This document shows positions 52,969-64,000 of a stretch of DNA of 64,000 nt, one piece after another (position 1 is the first letter of the stretch; every line of letters begins with the position of its first letter). Origin of the DNA: Vermamoeba vermiformis. Its lineage: Eukaryota. The translations under genes and the position numbers were made by a program. The notes under the pieces are model-generated. The model was given only the letters and a program-made list of their open reading frames with translations, searched no databases and was not told the origin of the DNA. The DNA lies in the NCBI GenBank assembly GCA_045837725.1, contig JBEWZL010000209.1:496001-560000 (forward strand), given 5' to 3'.

Positions 52969-55481
52969 ATGCAACAAATTCATGTAAACACGATATTTCA
53001 GTTGTATATTCCGGTCGAAGGAGGGGACGCAAATGGATTCACTTTCACACAGACAACAACACCTCATTTTGGTGTCATTCTAACGCAAAATGACACTCAA
53101 GAAAATTTTTATTATTCTGTGCATGTTTTGCTTTGCGATGAATCATCAGAAACGGTGATTGAAAATTGTTTGAGTTTTGCAAAAAGACATCCACACCGAT
53201 TTCAAACGAAACCTTCAACGTCGTTAATAAATGGATTATTACTACAGCTTAGAATTAATGGAGGAATATTTGACTTTCGAAAAGCGAAACAACGACAGAT
53301 CAGATTTGTGGTCGAGTGTTCGAAGCATGACAGTTTGATCAATCAAGGCTCTTCATCTAACTGCTTACTCCTTGCCAAGCGAAGATTTGCGGAAGAAGAC
53401 ACAGTTCCTTATGATGACGGTATGTCGAATTCCGGATGTGACCCTACTTGGGACCAGTCCGTCCATTAATTGCGATTAAGAATAACGTCCTAACTAGTGC
53501 TAATTCCGATATTCTGGAGTTCAAACGAGGTTGTATCAAGCGATGACTCGGCGCAACAAGAATCTTTCTCCCCGATCCAAAACGATCCAGCAAGCATGAT
53601 GGTTGCTTATAGTTCAGACAACAATGACAACAGTGCTATTAACTCAGAAGAAATCATTCTCAATCTATCTCCGCACGACCATACGTACAACGATGGTCAA
53701 AACTTACTAATGACAAGATACGACAGCGATGAACAGCATACGAACAACGAGCAATACATGGTACTCTACAACGGCAATGCAGAAGTCGTGGGCAACTTCA
53801 GAGCACTCAACTTCTACAAAGCATCAGATATCAACATCAAAGAGGACATTAGGTTGCTCAGAGATGGTACGTAATGAGTCTTTAAGTATGACACGTGTCA
53901 ATCAAGAACGCTAACCTTCACGACCCAGACTACAATCCAAGAGGAGTACTGATGAAAATTGATGGAGTCGAATACAAATTCAAACGAGGAGTGAGCAAGT
54001 CAACAAACAAACGATTCGTTGGCTACATTGCACAACAAATCGAAAGTGTTGTTCCTGAAGCAGTTCAACTGATCGATGGTATCTTGCACGTGGACTACGA
54101 GGCATTGATTCCTTACCTCAGTGAATCGATCAAACAGAACTTCAAAGACATAACGGATCTCAATACGAAAACAGCTCAGATCCACCAAATAGTTGATATG
54201 ATGTACAACGACTTCATTAAGAAAGAACAACGAAAAAGCAACGATAACGTCCATAAAACAGATAACGATGCCATGCTGATCAAGTCTAAACGATCCAAAA
54301 AGTATCTCCGCTACATTATTCCGCTCGTGATTGCAACTATTGCGGTCATTGGCGTAATCGTGGGACTCAATTTTATTCCAATCACAGCTACACCAGCATC
54401 GAATCCGAGTCCTACACCCACCACGTCTAACCCTCCGCAGTTCCATGACACTCCAATGCCTGCTATCGTGGCACCAATACCAGCTATCACAACACCCACT
54501 GCTCTCCTCGCGCCAACCCCGAGTGTCCCAGTGCCGCCTATACCTGATAATTTGAACGACAAAAGAATTCTAATCGAGCTGTATAATACGACCAATGGAC
54601 CTTCTCACTGGAGTGTCACGTGGGACTTTGACAGTTCCATGTGTCAGTGGCTCGGTGTCACGTGCAGCACATCGCAAATCAACAACGTCGAACAGCTCAA
54701 CTTAGGTCAATTTAGTCTCAGCGGCACCATCCCTGCCTCGTTATCAGGCTTGAAACATCTCAAAGTGCTCGACTTGTCATCGAATCAGCTCACAGGCACC
54801 ATTCCCGTAGCACTGTTATCGATGAAATTGCAACGTTTGATACTGTCAAACAATCAACTGAGCGGAAAAGTTCCTCCGAGCATTTTCACAATGTCCACAC
54901 TCATCGAATTGCAGATCGATCAAAATCCGTTTGATCACTGGAGTCTTCCCGATGACGTGCGTCAATTGACGAAACTTCAAATTCTCAATCTCGACAATAC
55001 GAAAGTGACGTACATTCCACCAGAAATCAACTTGCCATCACTCGTCAAAGTGTCATTTTCTAACAACCCTGACTTAAACGGCCTTTTTCGTGACTTTTCA
55101 AGCACCACCTTGATTGAGTTACGCGCATCAAATACAGGCCTATATTGCAATGCTCCTTCACTCTCGAGCTCGATCCAAGTTCTGCACATTGCACGACTAA
55201 GTCTTGAAGGACTTTTCCCGTTAGAGCACCTGCTTCAAAATATGAAAAACTTGAAGGACCTGGATATTGAAAGCACCGGAATCCACGGCGTCTTTTGGCT
55301 GCCTGCGTCAGTTCTCAAGACTATTGAGCGACTAAATATTGCAGGCAATCAATTCTTCGCCGTGCAAGACAAAACATTGTTCCAAGTTATTCCGACGAAC
55401 CTTGTGTGGTGTCACGCGGATGAGAAGTTTCTTTGCCCGGTGCCTAATTGGATGAAAGACAAATGCAATGTTGTATGTTGA
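52969..55481 (+). CDS. MYRF-like membrane protein, copy 2: beta-rich N-domain + peptidase S74/ICA + TM + P/T stalk + LRR ectodomain (3 exons)
   Basis: Same ICA motifs as copy 1 (KASDINIKEDI, GYIAQQIESVVPEAV); TM YIIPLVIATIAVIGVIVGLNFI; WDFDSSMCQWLGVTC cap and LDLSSNQLTGTIP LRRs. Two intron positions are shared with copy 1. Confidence 0.85.
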
Positions 55482-55527
55482 AGACTAGACACTTAAAAGA
55501 AGTTATAGAATGAGTACAGTCTTTATG

Positions 55528-56127
55528 GCAAATAATAATATATTTTTTGAGCGAAGTTTAATTGTTCCAGTTGGATTTCAATCGACTTACGAAATCAACG
55601 GACATTTACGCAGCCCTAATATTCTATATTAACCACTACGTATTGATTAACTTGCTGCCTACTAAATATACAATAATATATTCATATTAATATGAATATT
55701 TGTTGCCGCCTGAAGCGTGATTATTGAAAATTGCACGTCCAACAAAAAAATTCTTTCTGTGCGATAGGAAATTTTTATTGAATAACAACAGCTGTAGGCA
55801 TATATTATATCAGTAGTATAATAATATGTCCATTCGTGCCGTTGTTTTCTTTGCCTTAATTGTGGCGTTATTGGCAGCTGCTGATAAATTGCCCACGACT
55901 CAATTTAGATGCGATAATGCTAATATTGTTAGCACTTTGGTATGTCCATATTAGTGTATATTATTACAAGATTAATCAATCTATTGGAGCTGGATTCATT
56001 TGTTTTTTTATTTTCCTATTTTTTATTGCCTTACTTAAAATTCTTATTTACAGACTGTCCTTCCCAACTCAACTATTGACGATTGGAATATTAATTATGT
56101 TAGTCCTGATGGCCAAGTAAGTCTTGA
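55528..56127. repeat. ~600-bp direct repeat, right copy (orphan copy of MAP3K exon 1 + promoter + functional sortilin exons 1-2)
   Basis: Colinear with 52297-52882; retains the sortilin ATG at 55826. Confidence 0.93.
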
Positions 56128-59100
56128 AAAAAGATTTTCTTCTGCATTCGTGACTGGATCTCGATCGAAGGTTCTATTAATAACTCATACGTGTCATTAT
56201 TATAGGTCGTATTTATCCGCACACACGATGGCAATATTTGGCGTAGCGCTGATGAAGGTAAAACCTGGGAGCAGCAGACCGTGCCTTCGAAGATGCACAA
56301 CGTTGGCAGCCACGGCGTAAGTATTACCGTATTATTTATTTTATTATACATATATATATGCTATTAATCGAAGTCAAATTTACGATCAAGTCTAGAGGAA
56401 TAAGGCAAAGTACTCATTGATCTCAATAATTCAAGATAAAATTTCATTAATTGTCTGAATTGTATTTGTATTCCTTTTCGTTTAATATTATTATAAATAC
56501 ATTGTTAATGCATCGCCATTACCGAGGAAATTTCTAATGAATTTATTTGCCAGGTCCGAAACGTATTCACCACCCGTTCTGAACACGGTGTAAGTACCTC
56601 ATTATTTGCGTTGTTATTGTTATTATGCACGTACTTATAATTATATTAATAGAGCGCTAAGATGTACTTTGTTGGTGCTGCTGACAAAAATGGTCAGTTG
56701 TGGACCACATCTGACTTTGGCAAGACGTACAATTATTACGAGAGCCCCGATGTGCCTTCAGGCATCAGAATGATTTACCCGCACCCACTCTTTCAAGGTT
56801 AGTACTATATTTATATCAATATATTAATACTGGTGCTAACATATGGTGCGTAAAGATAAGGCTTTGGCTCGTCGTGAGCGCGATCTGTTCTACACTTCCA
56901 ACTTTGGCAAGACGTGGAATAAAATCCTCGACGGCATGACTTCGTACAATGTGCGCTGGACTCCTTTCCCTGACGAGCACCCTGATGTAAGTCTAGATCT
57001 GAACAAAATGCACCCTCTGCATACAATTTTTATTTGCACTACTGAGGAAAGCAATGCCAGCATGACTTTTATGGCTTCCATCGTTTTTTCCAACTAATAG
57101 AGCAAATAATATTATGCAAATTACATAAGACGGACAGATCCGAAAAATATCTTTATCGTTTATTTGGAGGCTAGTAATTAACATACTGGTTTAATTTAGC
57201 GCATCTACGCCACTATTCGCAAATCAGATAGTGATCAGTGGTTGGTGTACTCAGACGACTTCTTCGCCAAGACCACAATTGTCATGACTAAAGTGAGGAC
57301 TTGGGGCACTGTTCCTCCCAACAAGATGTTCGTCGTTCGCGTAAGTCTTTGCACTTGTTCTTAGCACCACGTGACAGCAGTAACTTTGACACGTGTCATT
57401 TAATTTTTAGATCGGCGAAGACGGTCAAGATGAGCTCATGATTAGCGATGACACCGCTGATTCGTTCAGAGCTGCAGCATTCCCTCGTCGTGGCCGTGAA
57501 GAATACGAAGAAAACGTACGTGAAGACAATAATAGAGTGTTAATACAACGATATTAACCTTGGAAATAATGATAGGGTTTCTTTGTCTACGATACCAGCG
57601 AAGATTCGTTGATGATTTACGTCAATCGTGGCAATACTTTCTGGTGGGGTGACGTGTACAAGAGCAACTCTTACGACACTGATTTTGTGCTCTCACTCGA
57701 AAATCACAGGTACGCGCGCACTTCGATCAACTTTTGACACGTGTCATAACGCGTTCTATATATGATATCTATTGTAGTAGTATCTTACTAACTGTGATAT
57801 TGTTCTGAAGATTCCCTGACTTCACCCGTTACCACGGTCTCGATGGAATTTACCTCGCTAACGTGTACAACACAACTAATCCCATGGGTCCTTCTTACAC
57901 TGATGACGTCATCACTCAAATTACTTTCAACAAGGGTACGAGCCTATCAATAGTGTCGTGGTGACTAGTATTAATTATGATTTATGAAGGCGGTGTCTGG
58001 TCTTCAATTGCTGCCCCCGAAAAAGATGCTGACGGCAATCCTACTAATTGCAAGCTCGACAAGGGCTGTTCGTTGCATTTGCACGGCTTTTCGACCTCCG
58101 CTTTCACGTGGTTCTACTCCGTTCCTAACGCTATTGGTCTCATGATGGCCACTGGTAACTTGGGCGATGAATTGCTTGACAGACCCGATCAAGTACGCGC
58201 GATAATGTTGTGTTCAAAAGAACGTTTTTTAATCATTGCTGTTACTTTTTTAGGTCAACACCTACTTCAGTCGTGACGGAGGTGTTTCGTGGCGTGAAGT
58301 TCACAAGGGCTCGTTTGTCCCTGAGTTCGGTGACCACGGTGGCATCATCGTGATGGCTGATGCTTTGCACAAGTCCAGCGAGTTCTTGTAAGTCACAGTA
58401 GAAGTTATTGTGACACGGATGAGGCCTAATTATTGCTCGCAGGTTCACTGTTGACGAAGGCAAATCATTCCATTCGTGCAAATTCACCGACTCAGCTGTT
58501 GAAGTGACCAACATTCGTATTGCTCCCAAGGGCAACTCTCAAAAATTCATTTTGTACGGTGAACTTAACGGCGTTGCTGTATTGGCCCAATTGGATTTCA
58601 GCAGCTACTTTGGCCGTACTTGTATGTAGCCCGGGACCTACTTTCCAACTCTATCACGGCTGACCTTATTTCCTTATTTAGGCAGTGAAGCTGACTACGA
58701 AGAGTGGTCACCGACCGATTTGCACGGTAACTGTGTCTTGGGTGAAAAGAACTTCTATCGTCGCAGAAAACAAGACGCAAACTGCTGGAACGGCGAGACC
58801 CTCGATCGATTGATTCGCAGCGAGAACTGCTCTTGTGTCGTCGATGATTATGAGTGGTAAGCACTGGCACAAAAAAATTTGACGTTAATGGATTGAGGGA
58901 CACGGGTACTATACTTTTATAATAACACGATATTAATATACTATATTTAGCGACTTCTGCTTCGTGCACGATCCCACCACTCAACGCTGCGTGTTCGACT
59001 GTTTCGAGAACGACCAAGCTTTGTCAGTCTTGCCGTCTCCTCCCGCTAAGTGCGGTGACGACAAGTTGGGTCCTTACTACGAGGTCCAGATGGGGTGAGT

Positions 59101-59627
59101 CTATATAACGCATATTTCCATATTTAGTATCATTGCTAATGTCTGTTTAGTTACCGTAAAGTCGAGGATGACACTTGTGACGTGAAAATGTCGGGCAGTC
59201 TCAAGTTGCAAGACTTGAAGGCCCTTGTTCCTTGCTCAGTGCCGATCAACCGTGGTCCTTCTGGCACTGGCTCGGCCGGTCACGACGCTGTCACTATTGT
59301 CGTTCTTGCTGTAAGTAGCACATCCAGATCCGAGCAACCAACCAAAAAGTTTTGGGATTAATATCTTACTCTATCTTATTATTAGATCACTTTTACACTC
59401 GTTGGTCTCGGTCTTATTATTTTGGGAGGTTTTATTGTTTACAGAAAGAGCGAGAGGTACGTATAGCTTTTTTCGGAAGTTGATCTGGATTTAGCTTCTG
59501 ACAATTTTAACTTAGATTCCGCAACTTCATTACATACACATTTAATACTGGCGGTGATCGTGCCTACAGACCTGTGACTCAAGAGGTAAACACCGCTTTG
59601 GACGACGATCTGACCATCGATGCTTAA
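55826..59627 (+). CDS. VPS10/sortilin-family sorting receptor, multi-exon
   Basis: Signal peptide MSIRAVVFFALIVALLAAA; BNR boxes (SADEGKTW, TSNFGKTW, SRDGGVSW); CSLHLHG, GLMMATGNLG; cysteine-rich 10CC region; TM; tail with YRPV and DDDLTI motifs. Confidence 0.9.
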
Positions 59628-59684
59628 ATTTTTTCTTAAATAAAAATCCTATTTGTTATGATTTGTGGTACATTAATATAATGT

Positions 59685-61866
59685 TTATTCTTCTCTTATC
59701 AATTCTGGTACTCGCTAAGCTCGTCGCTGAACTCCGAACTGTCCGCTGCCTCTTCGCTCGATGAATCACATTGTTCTTTGAAAATCGTTTCAATGTAATA
59801 ACACAGCTCTACAGAGACTTGTTTGAGTTCAGGTCTCGTCAGGCCTAAATAGGAAATTCGTTAATAATTCTGAGAATTTAAGTCCACACAGCGTTATAAT
59901 TACCAGTAAGATATTTGTGCAGTTGTTGAGTGCGACCGCGAATCACGTGATCAATGAGCGACAGTACTGCTGTCCTAACACGCCTATCGTCAACGCCATC
60001 AGCACGTGACGAACCCTGTTGCGGTACTTTTTTGCCGATATTAGCAATGGATTTTGTGTGTTTTAGTGCTCTTAGCGCATTTTCATCAAGTCCACCTGAA
60101 TTGCTAACGACCGGTTTTGACGTCGTTCTGCGAGCCTTTGAACTTCCCTACACAACTCATTAATATCATCAATAGACATATGGCGGGACCTATTATACTA
60201 ACCACATTCGAAGAGTCTTCTAGTGAACTGTCTAACGAGTCCTCAATGGTCGGAACTTCGAGGTGCACGTGATAGTTGGTGCCACTCGTAGTGTTAGAGC
60301 TATTCGAGTTATGTACAGAGTGCAGCGGTGATGCGTAAGGGTTGCCGCCGTAACGACTGCGCGGTGACAGTTGTTGGTTGTAATATTTATCGAACGAGTC
60401 TGCAGGGGCCGAAAAGGCTTTGAACTCGTTCAGTGAATCTTCGTACGATGGATTTGGCACGTGTTGGTGAACTTGATGAATTGGTATAGCAATTGCTAGG
60501 GGCTTAGAAACCGTGCCTAGAATAAAATTGATAAAAAATTACGTTCGAAAAAAATTGTTGTCCGAGGGCACTTTTAAGGAGCATTTCCTTATTTAGTAAT
60601 AACATACCAATAGCACCTGTCGGTGATGTTGGACGTGATGAAGGGCTGCTAGTGGTTGAAGATAGTTTTGAATTGCTATTATGCTGGCTATTGTAAGGAC
60701 TGCTCTGCGAAGACTGTGACACGTGATCCGTTAGCGGCGTCATCGGTGTAGCCAATGAGAGTCGTTTTAATTTCTTTTTGAATTCTTTTTTGTTAACTTT
60801 AGCGTCTTCTTTTTTATCTTCTTTCTTTTTCTTTTGTTTCTTTGGCTGGATCCAAAATTAAATCGCGATCTTGCAATTTAATTTCTCGTTTAAAATATTA
60901 TCTTACCGCTAATAGCTCATCATATTTGTAGATTAATGTTTCTAATAATCTTTTGCATAATTTCTGCCAATCGGCTGATGAATCTTGATTTTCTGCGGAC
61001 GGATGCATCGCCCAAATTGAAAGTCCGAACACTGACGTTAGATAATCGACATGTAGCATATTAACATCACTATATGATAAGAGGTATTTGAATAGCTCTG
61101 TAACGCTCGTTAAGAACGCTTTGTTTCCGACTGGCAAATGTCTCATCGCTTTTTTGAGCAATTGAACGCGAGTTTCTTCGGAACGAATGTCTAAATAATT
61201 ATATTAATATAAATCATATATTATATTTAATTTTAATAGGGAAGTTAATCGCTACTAACAACCAAATTGGATGCAGCAAAAAATCAAATCAGAATTTGAA
61301 ATTAAGACTTACTGATCGCCTCTTTAATGACATCATATAGCGGGTATGTTAATAAAGGTTCTTGTAGTTGACTAAAATAGAAGCCAAATGCTCCAGCGAC
61401 TGCATGAGCTGAATATTTCGAAAGATCTGGCTTTGCTCCTGAACAAAATTTTAAAATAATCTGCATATTATAAACACTTCATCGTCATAAAATAACGGTC
61501 CTTTGATTCACCGGAGTCAATTAAGAATCAGCGATCGGACAAAGATTTTATTTCAATTTCGAATTTAAATAATTATTTTGCTGTATTAATTTGTATTACC
61601 TTCCGAATAGCCTTTAATAATCTCTGCTGAGTGATCTCTATCTTTAGTTAAGCGAAATATCCCTTCCACTTCCGCACCTATTCATCAAATCCGATTTAAT
61701 TGTGTATAAACATTTCGATAGCAATCATTATTCAGGCAATATTAATGCATCATATAATCCTAATTATTAACCTACCGTGTTGCTTTAAATGCCCGAGGAC
61801 ATCCAGAACAAAAGTCGGTAACTCTGCATTTTTTGATTCAAACTCGTAGAATCGCTGTCGCTTCAT
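59685..61866 (-). CDS. RhoGAP domain protein, spliced
   Basis: LPTFVLDVLGHLKQH/GAEVEGIFRL, HAVAGAFGFYFSQLQEPLL, LPVGNKAFLTSV...VNML...VFG; serine-rich C-terminus. Confidence 0.85.
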
Positions 61867-62120
61867 ATTTTCTTATTTACACTATTGTACATTTAAATTA
61901 ATTGCTTAAAGAAAAACTGAATTTACGCACCTATTTATTTACGAGACATTTTGACAGGTGTACGGGATGTGTTCTACTTTGCGTTGTTAAACAAAATCGC
62001 ATATCTAATTTCGAGATATTATTATTGTACCATTACTTGTCGCTACAATGCTTATAAAAACATGTTTTTATAAAATAGTTGTACAAGAGTGGATCGACCA
62101 CAAGAAATTCTTAAGGCCAC

Positions 62121-63737
62121 CTAGTTAGGTAACTTGAAGGCATAAAGACCAGCGAGAGCAGGGTTAGTGACAGGGACGCCATAGTAACCATATCCAGTAC
62201 CAATGTAGATCGTGTCTTGAGAAACGGATGCGCCACCGTAGATGCCGTTGTTCAAAGTGGTCGTGTACAAGAGCTTGCCGTCAGACTTGCGCAGACCATA
62301 GAGCGAGCCACCAGTAGAACCAACGACCACGAGCTCGTCCCAAACTGTTACGGGACCAAAAGCACCGCCGTTCGAGGAAACAAATTGCCAGTTTACGGCT
62401 CCGGATGTTAAGTTGACGGAGGCCCAGAAAGGCAAATTCGAAAGAGAACCGTTGACGAGGGTGTATGATTTATACTGCGAGTTGAAGTTGGCAGTAAAGA
62501 AGCTTTTGCCGTCAGATGCAGAGCCCCACATGCTTCCACCGACAATGCCTCCAGGACCAACTTGATTGGCCCAGATCTTTTGACCAGTTTCAGCATCAAA
62601 AGCCCAGCTGATGCCAGATTTCTGCGAGACGAAGATCATATCGCGACTAGCACCGCCCAACGGATGCGCGACATCTCGAACCAAGATCGGAGCTTGAGCA
62701 AAATCGGCGTCAGGACCAGGCTTGCCAGGGCAGTTAGCAGTGTTGGTGGGAGGGAAGCCAGGGTAACCGCAAGCAGCATTCCAAGCGTCAATAGGAGGAG
62801 CAAAGTAAGACCAGCGAACAATGCCTGAATCCAAATCCAAAGCCAAGACGGAATTGGCGTGGTTTCCGTCTTCGTGGCAAGGCTCAGCGAAGATGTAGCT
62901 GCGAATAGACTCGGTTTGGTTGATGCATTCGTTGATGCGGGCGGGAACTTGGTAGTTTTGGCTGGTACCAACATAAACTAATCTGCGATCGGTGTCGACG
63001 GCAGGCGAAGAGCCCCAAACAGCAGCACCAGAATAACCACCGACTTGATTGTTGTTGTCAGGCACGGTATATTGTTGCCATTGCTTAGCTCCAGTTTGCG
63101 CATCGAGTTTGACGACGCTGCCTCTGAAAGTGCAGCACGGGTAGCCTGGCTCAGCGGCAGCGGAGGTCTCGTGCGATGACACACCAAAGATAACACTATC
63201 TTCTACGACAGTAGGGCTTTGAGTGATGGTGGCGTTGAGATGCGCTTCCAAAAGGGTCTGCCAAACAAGATGACCGTCGTCCTTGTCCAAAGCGAAAGCA
63301 AATGCTCCACGACCAAGGCCAGGGAGAGGAGGAAATTGACTGCCAAAAATCAACAAGTCGTCGTAGATCACGGGGCTGTTTCTAGTCAAATAGTTTGGCA
63401 ATCCAAGAAGTTGAGGCACAGATGCGTTCCAGATTTGACGTCCGTTGCGATCAAGGCAGTAAATATTACCGCCAAAATCAGGGAAATAAATTCTGTTGCC
63501 GCGGACAGTAGGCGTGGCTGAAACTCCGACTTGAGCAGGGAAGAAAAATTGTTGCTCAAATTGCTTGACGGATGCACCATCGTTCAAGCCAGAGATATCT
63601 TGAGATTGATAGCGGTCGTTGAAAGGGTCCTTACCCCATCCATTCCAGTTCGGATCTTTCTTTGGTTTGTTGTTGCCAGCGAACGCGTTAGATGCAACGA
63701 GCAAAAACACAGCTAAAGCTACGAATTGTCTTTGCAT
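62121..63737 (-). CDS. Secreted PQQ-type beta-propeller, polyvinyl-alcohol-dehydrogenase-like, intronless
   Basis: Signal peptide; YPCCTFRGSVVKLDAQTG, GAAVWGSSPAVD, GPDADFAQAP, QKSG, GGSMWGSASDG motifs. Confidence 0.85.
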   Translation of the reverse strand: MQRQFVALAVFLLVASNAFAGNNKPKKDPNWNGWGKDPFNDRYQSQDISGLNDGASVKQFEQQFFFPAQVGVSATPTVRGNRIYFPDFGGNIYCLDRNGRQIWNASVPQLLGLPNYLTRNSPVIYDDLLIFGSQFPPLPGLGRGAFAFALDKDDGHLVWQTLLEAHLNATITQSPTVVEDSVIFGVSSHETSAAAEPGYPCCTFRGSVVKLDAQTGAKQWQQYTVPDNNNQVGGYSGAAVWGSSPAVDTDRRLVYVGTSQNYQVPARINECINQTESIRSYIFAEPCHEDGNHANSVLALDLDSGIVRWSYFAPPIDAWNAACGYPGFPPTNTANCPGKPGPDADFAQAPILVRDVAHPLGGASRDMIFVSQKSGISWAFDAETGQKIWANQVGPGGIVGGSMWGSASDGKSFFTANFNSQYKSYTLVNGSLSNLPFWASVNLTSGAVNWQFVSSNGGAFGPVTVWDELVVVGSTGGSLYGLRKSDGKLLYTTTLNNGIYGGASVSQDTIYIGTGYGYYGVPVTNPALAGLYAFKLPN

Positions 63738-64000
63738 GGCCTCGTCAAGTTGTTGATAAGCAGTTGTGGTGCACTACAAGGAGCTGAAAATAAGATTGAA
63801 TTGAGAATTAGTGCCGTATCACGTTCGTATTTATATCTTTTTCTTGATAAAATTTAAATTGACGTGTGTGCCCGTAACAAAAATAGAACCGACAGCGGAA
63901 TAACTATTGGAACGGTTTTAGGGTCTAGATCCTTTGTAGCTAGTCCTAATGCTAACGAACTTAACAATATCAAATTTGATTGCTACAATAAATCGATCGA

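Noticed and set aside
52297-56127. Direct repeats interpreted as LTRs of a retrotransposon
   Set aside because: The repeats consist of host exons and promoter, lack TG...CA ends, PBS and PPT, and the interior has introns and no gag/pol.

Overview
A gene-dense, intron-rich eukaryotic window with short GT-AG introns and AT-rich intergenic DNA. It is most consistent with an amoebozoan protist, based on a Dictyostelium-type MEKK-alpha kinase, a DUSE-like snRNA promoter element and amoeba/giant-virus-type ankyrin repeats; the species cannot be determined. About 29 protein genes can be assembled by hand, plus a U1 snRNA, an intronic 5S rRNA gene and an atypical tRNA-like gene. The standout is a pair of paralogous genes (44624-47184 and 52969-55481). 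Each has an N-terminal beta-rich domain, a phage-tailspike-type peptidase S74/ICA autocleavage chaperone, a coiled coil, one TM helix and a plant-receptor-like LRR ectodomain. This resembles a MYRF/MrfA-like membrane-tethered factor wired to a variable LRR receptor domain. The two ICA cores are nearly identical in DNA while the flanking domains have diverged. The second copy sits between ~590-bp direct repeats that duplicate the shared promoter and first exons of the two neighbouring genes. Other notable items are a Ras-GTPase/CRIB/STE20 kinase fusion, a TET/JBP-like dioxygenase, a DUF3990-like ART-fold gene, a ~135-bp element shared by introns of two unrelated genes, and a candidate structured ncRNA. 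All gene models and family calls come from manual reading and motif recognition, with no database search, so exon boundaries are approximate unless stated.
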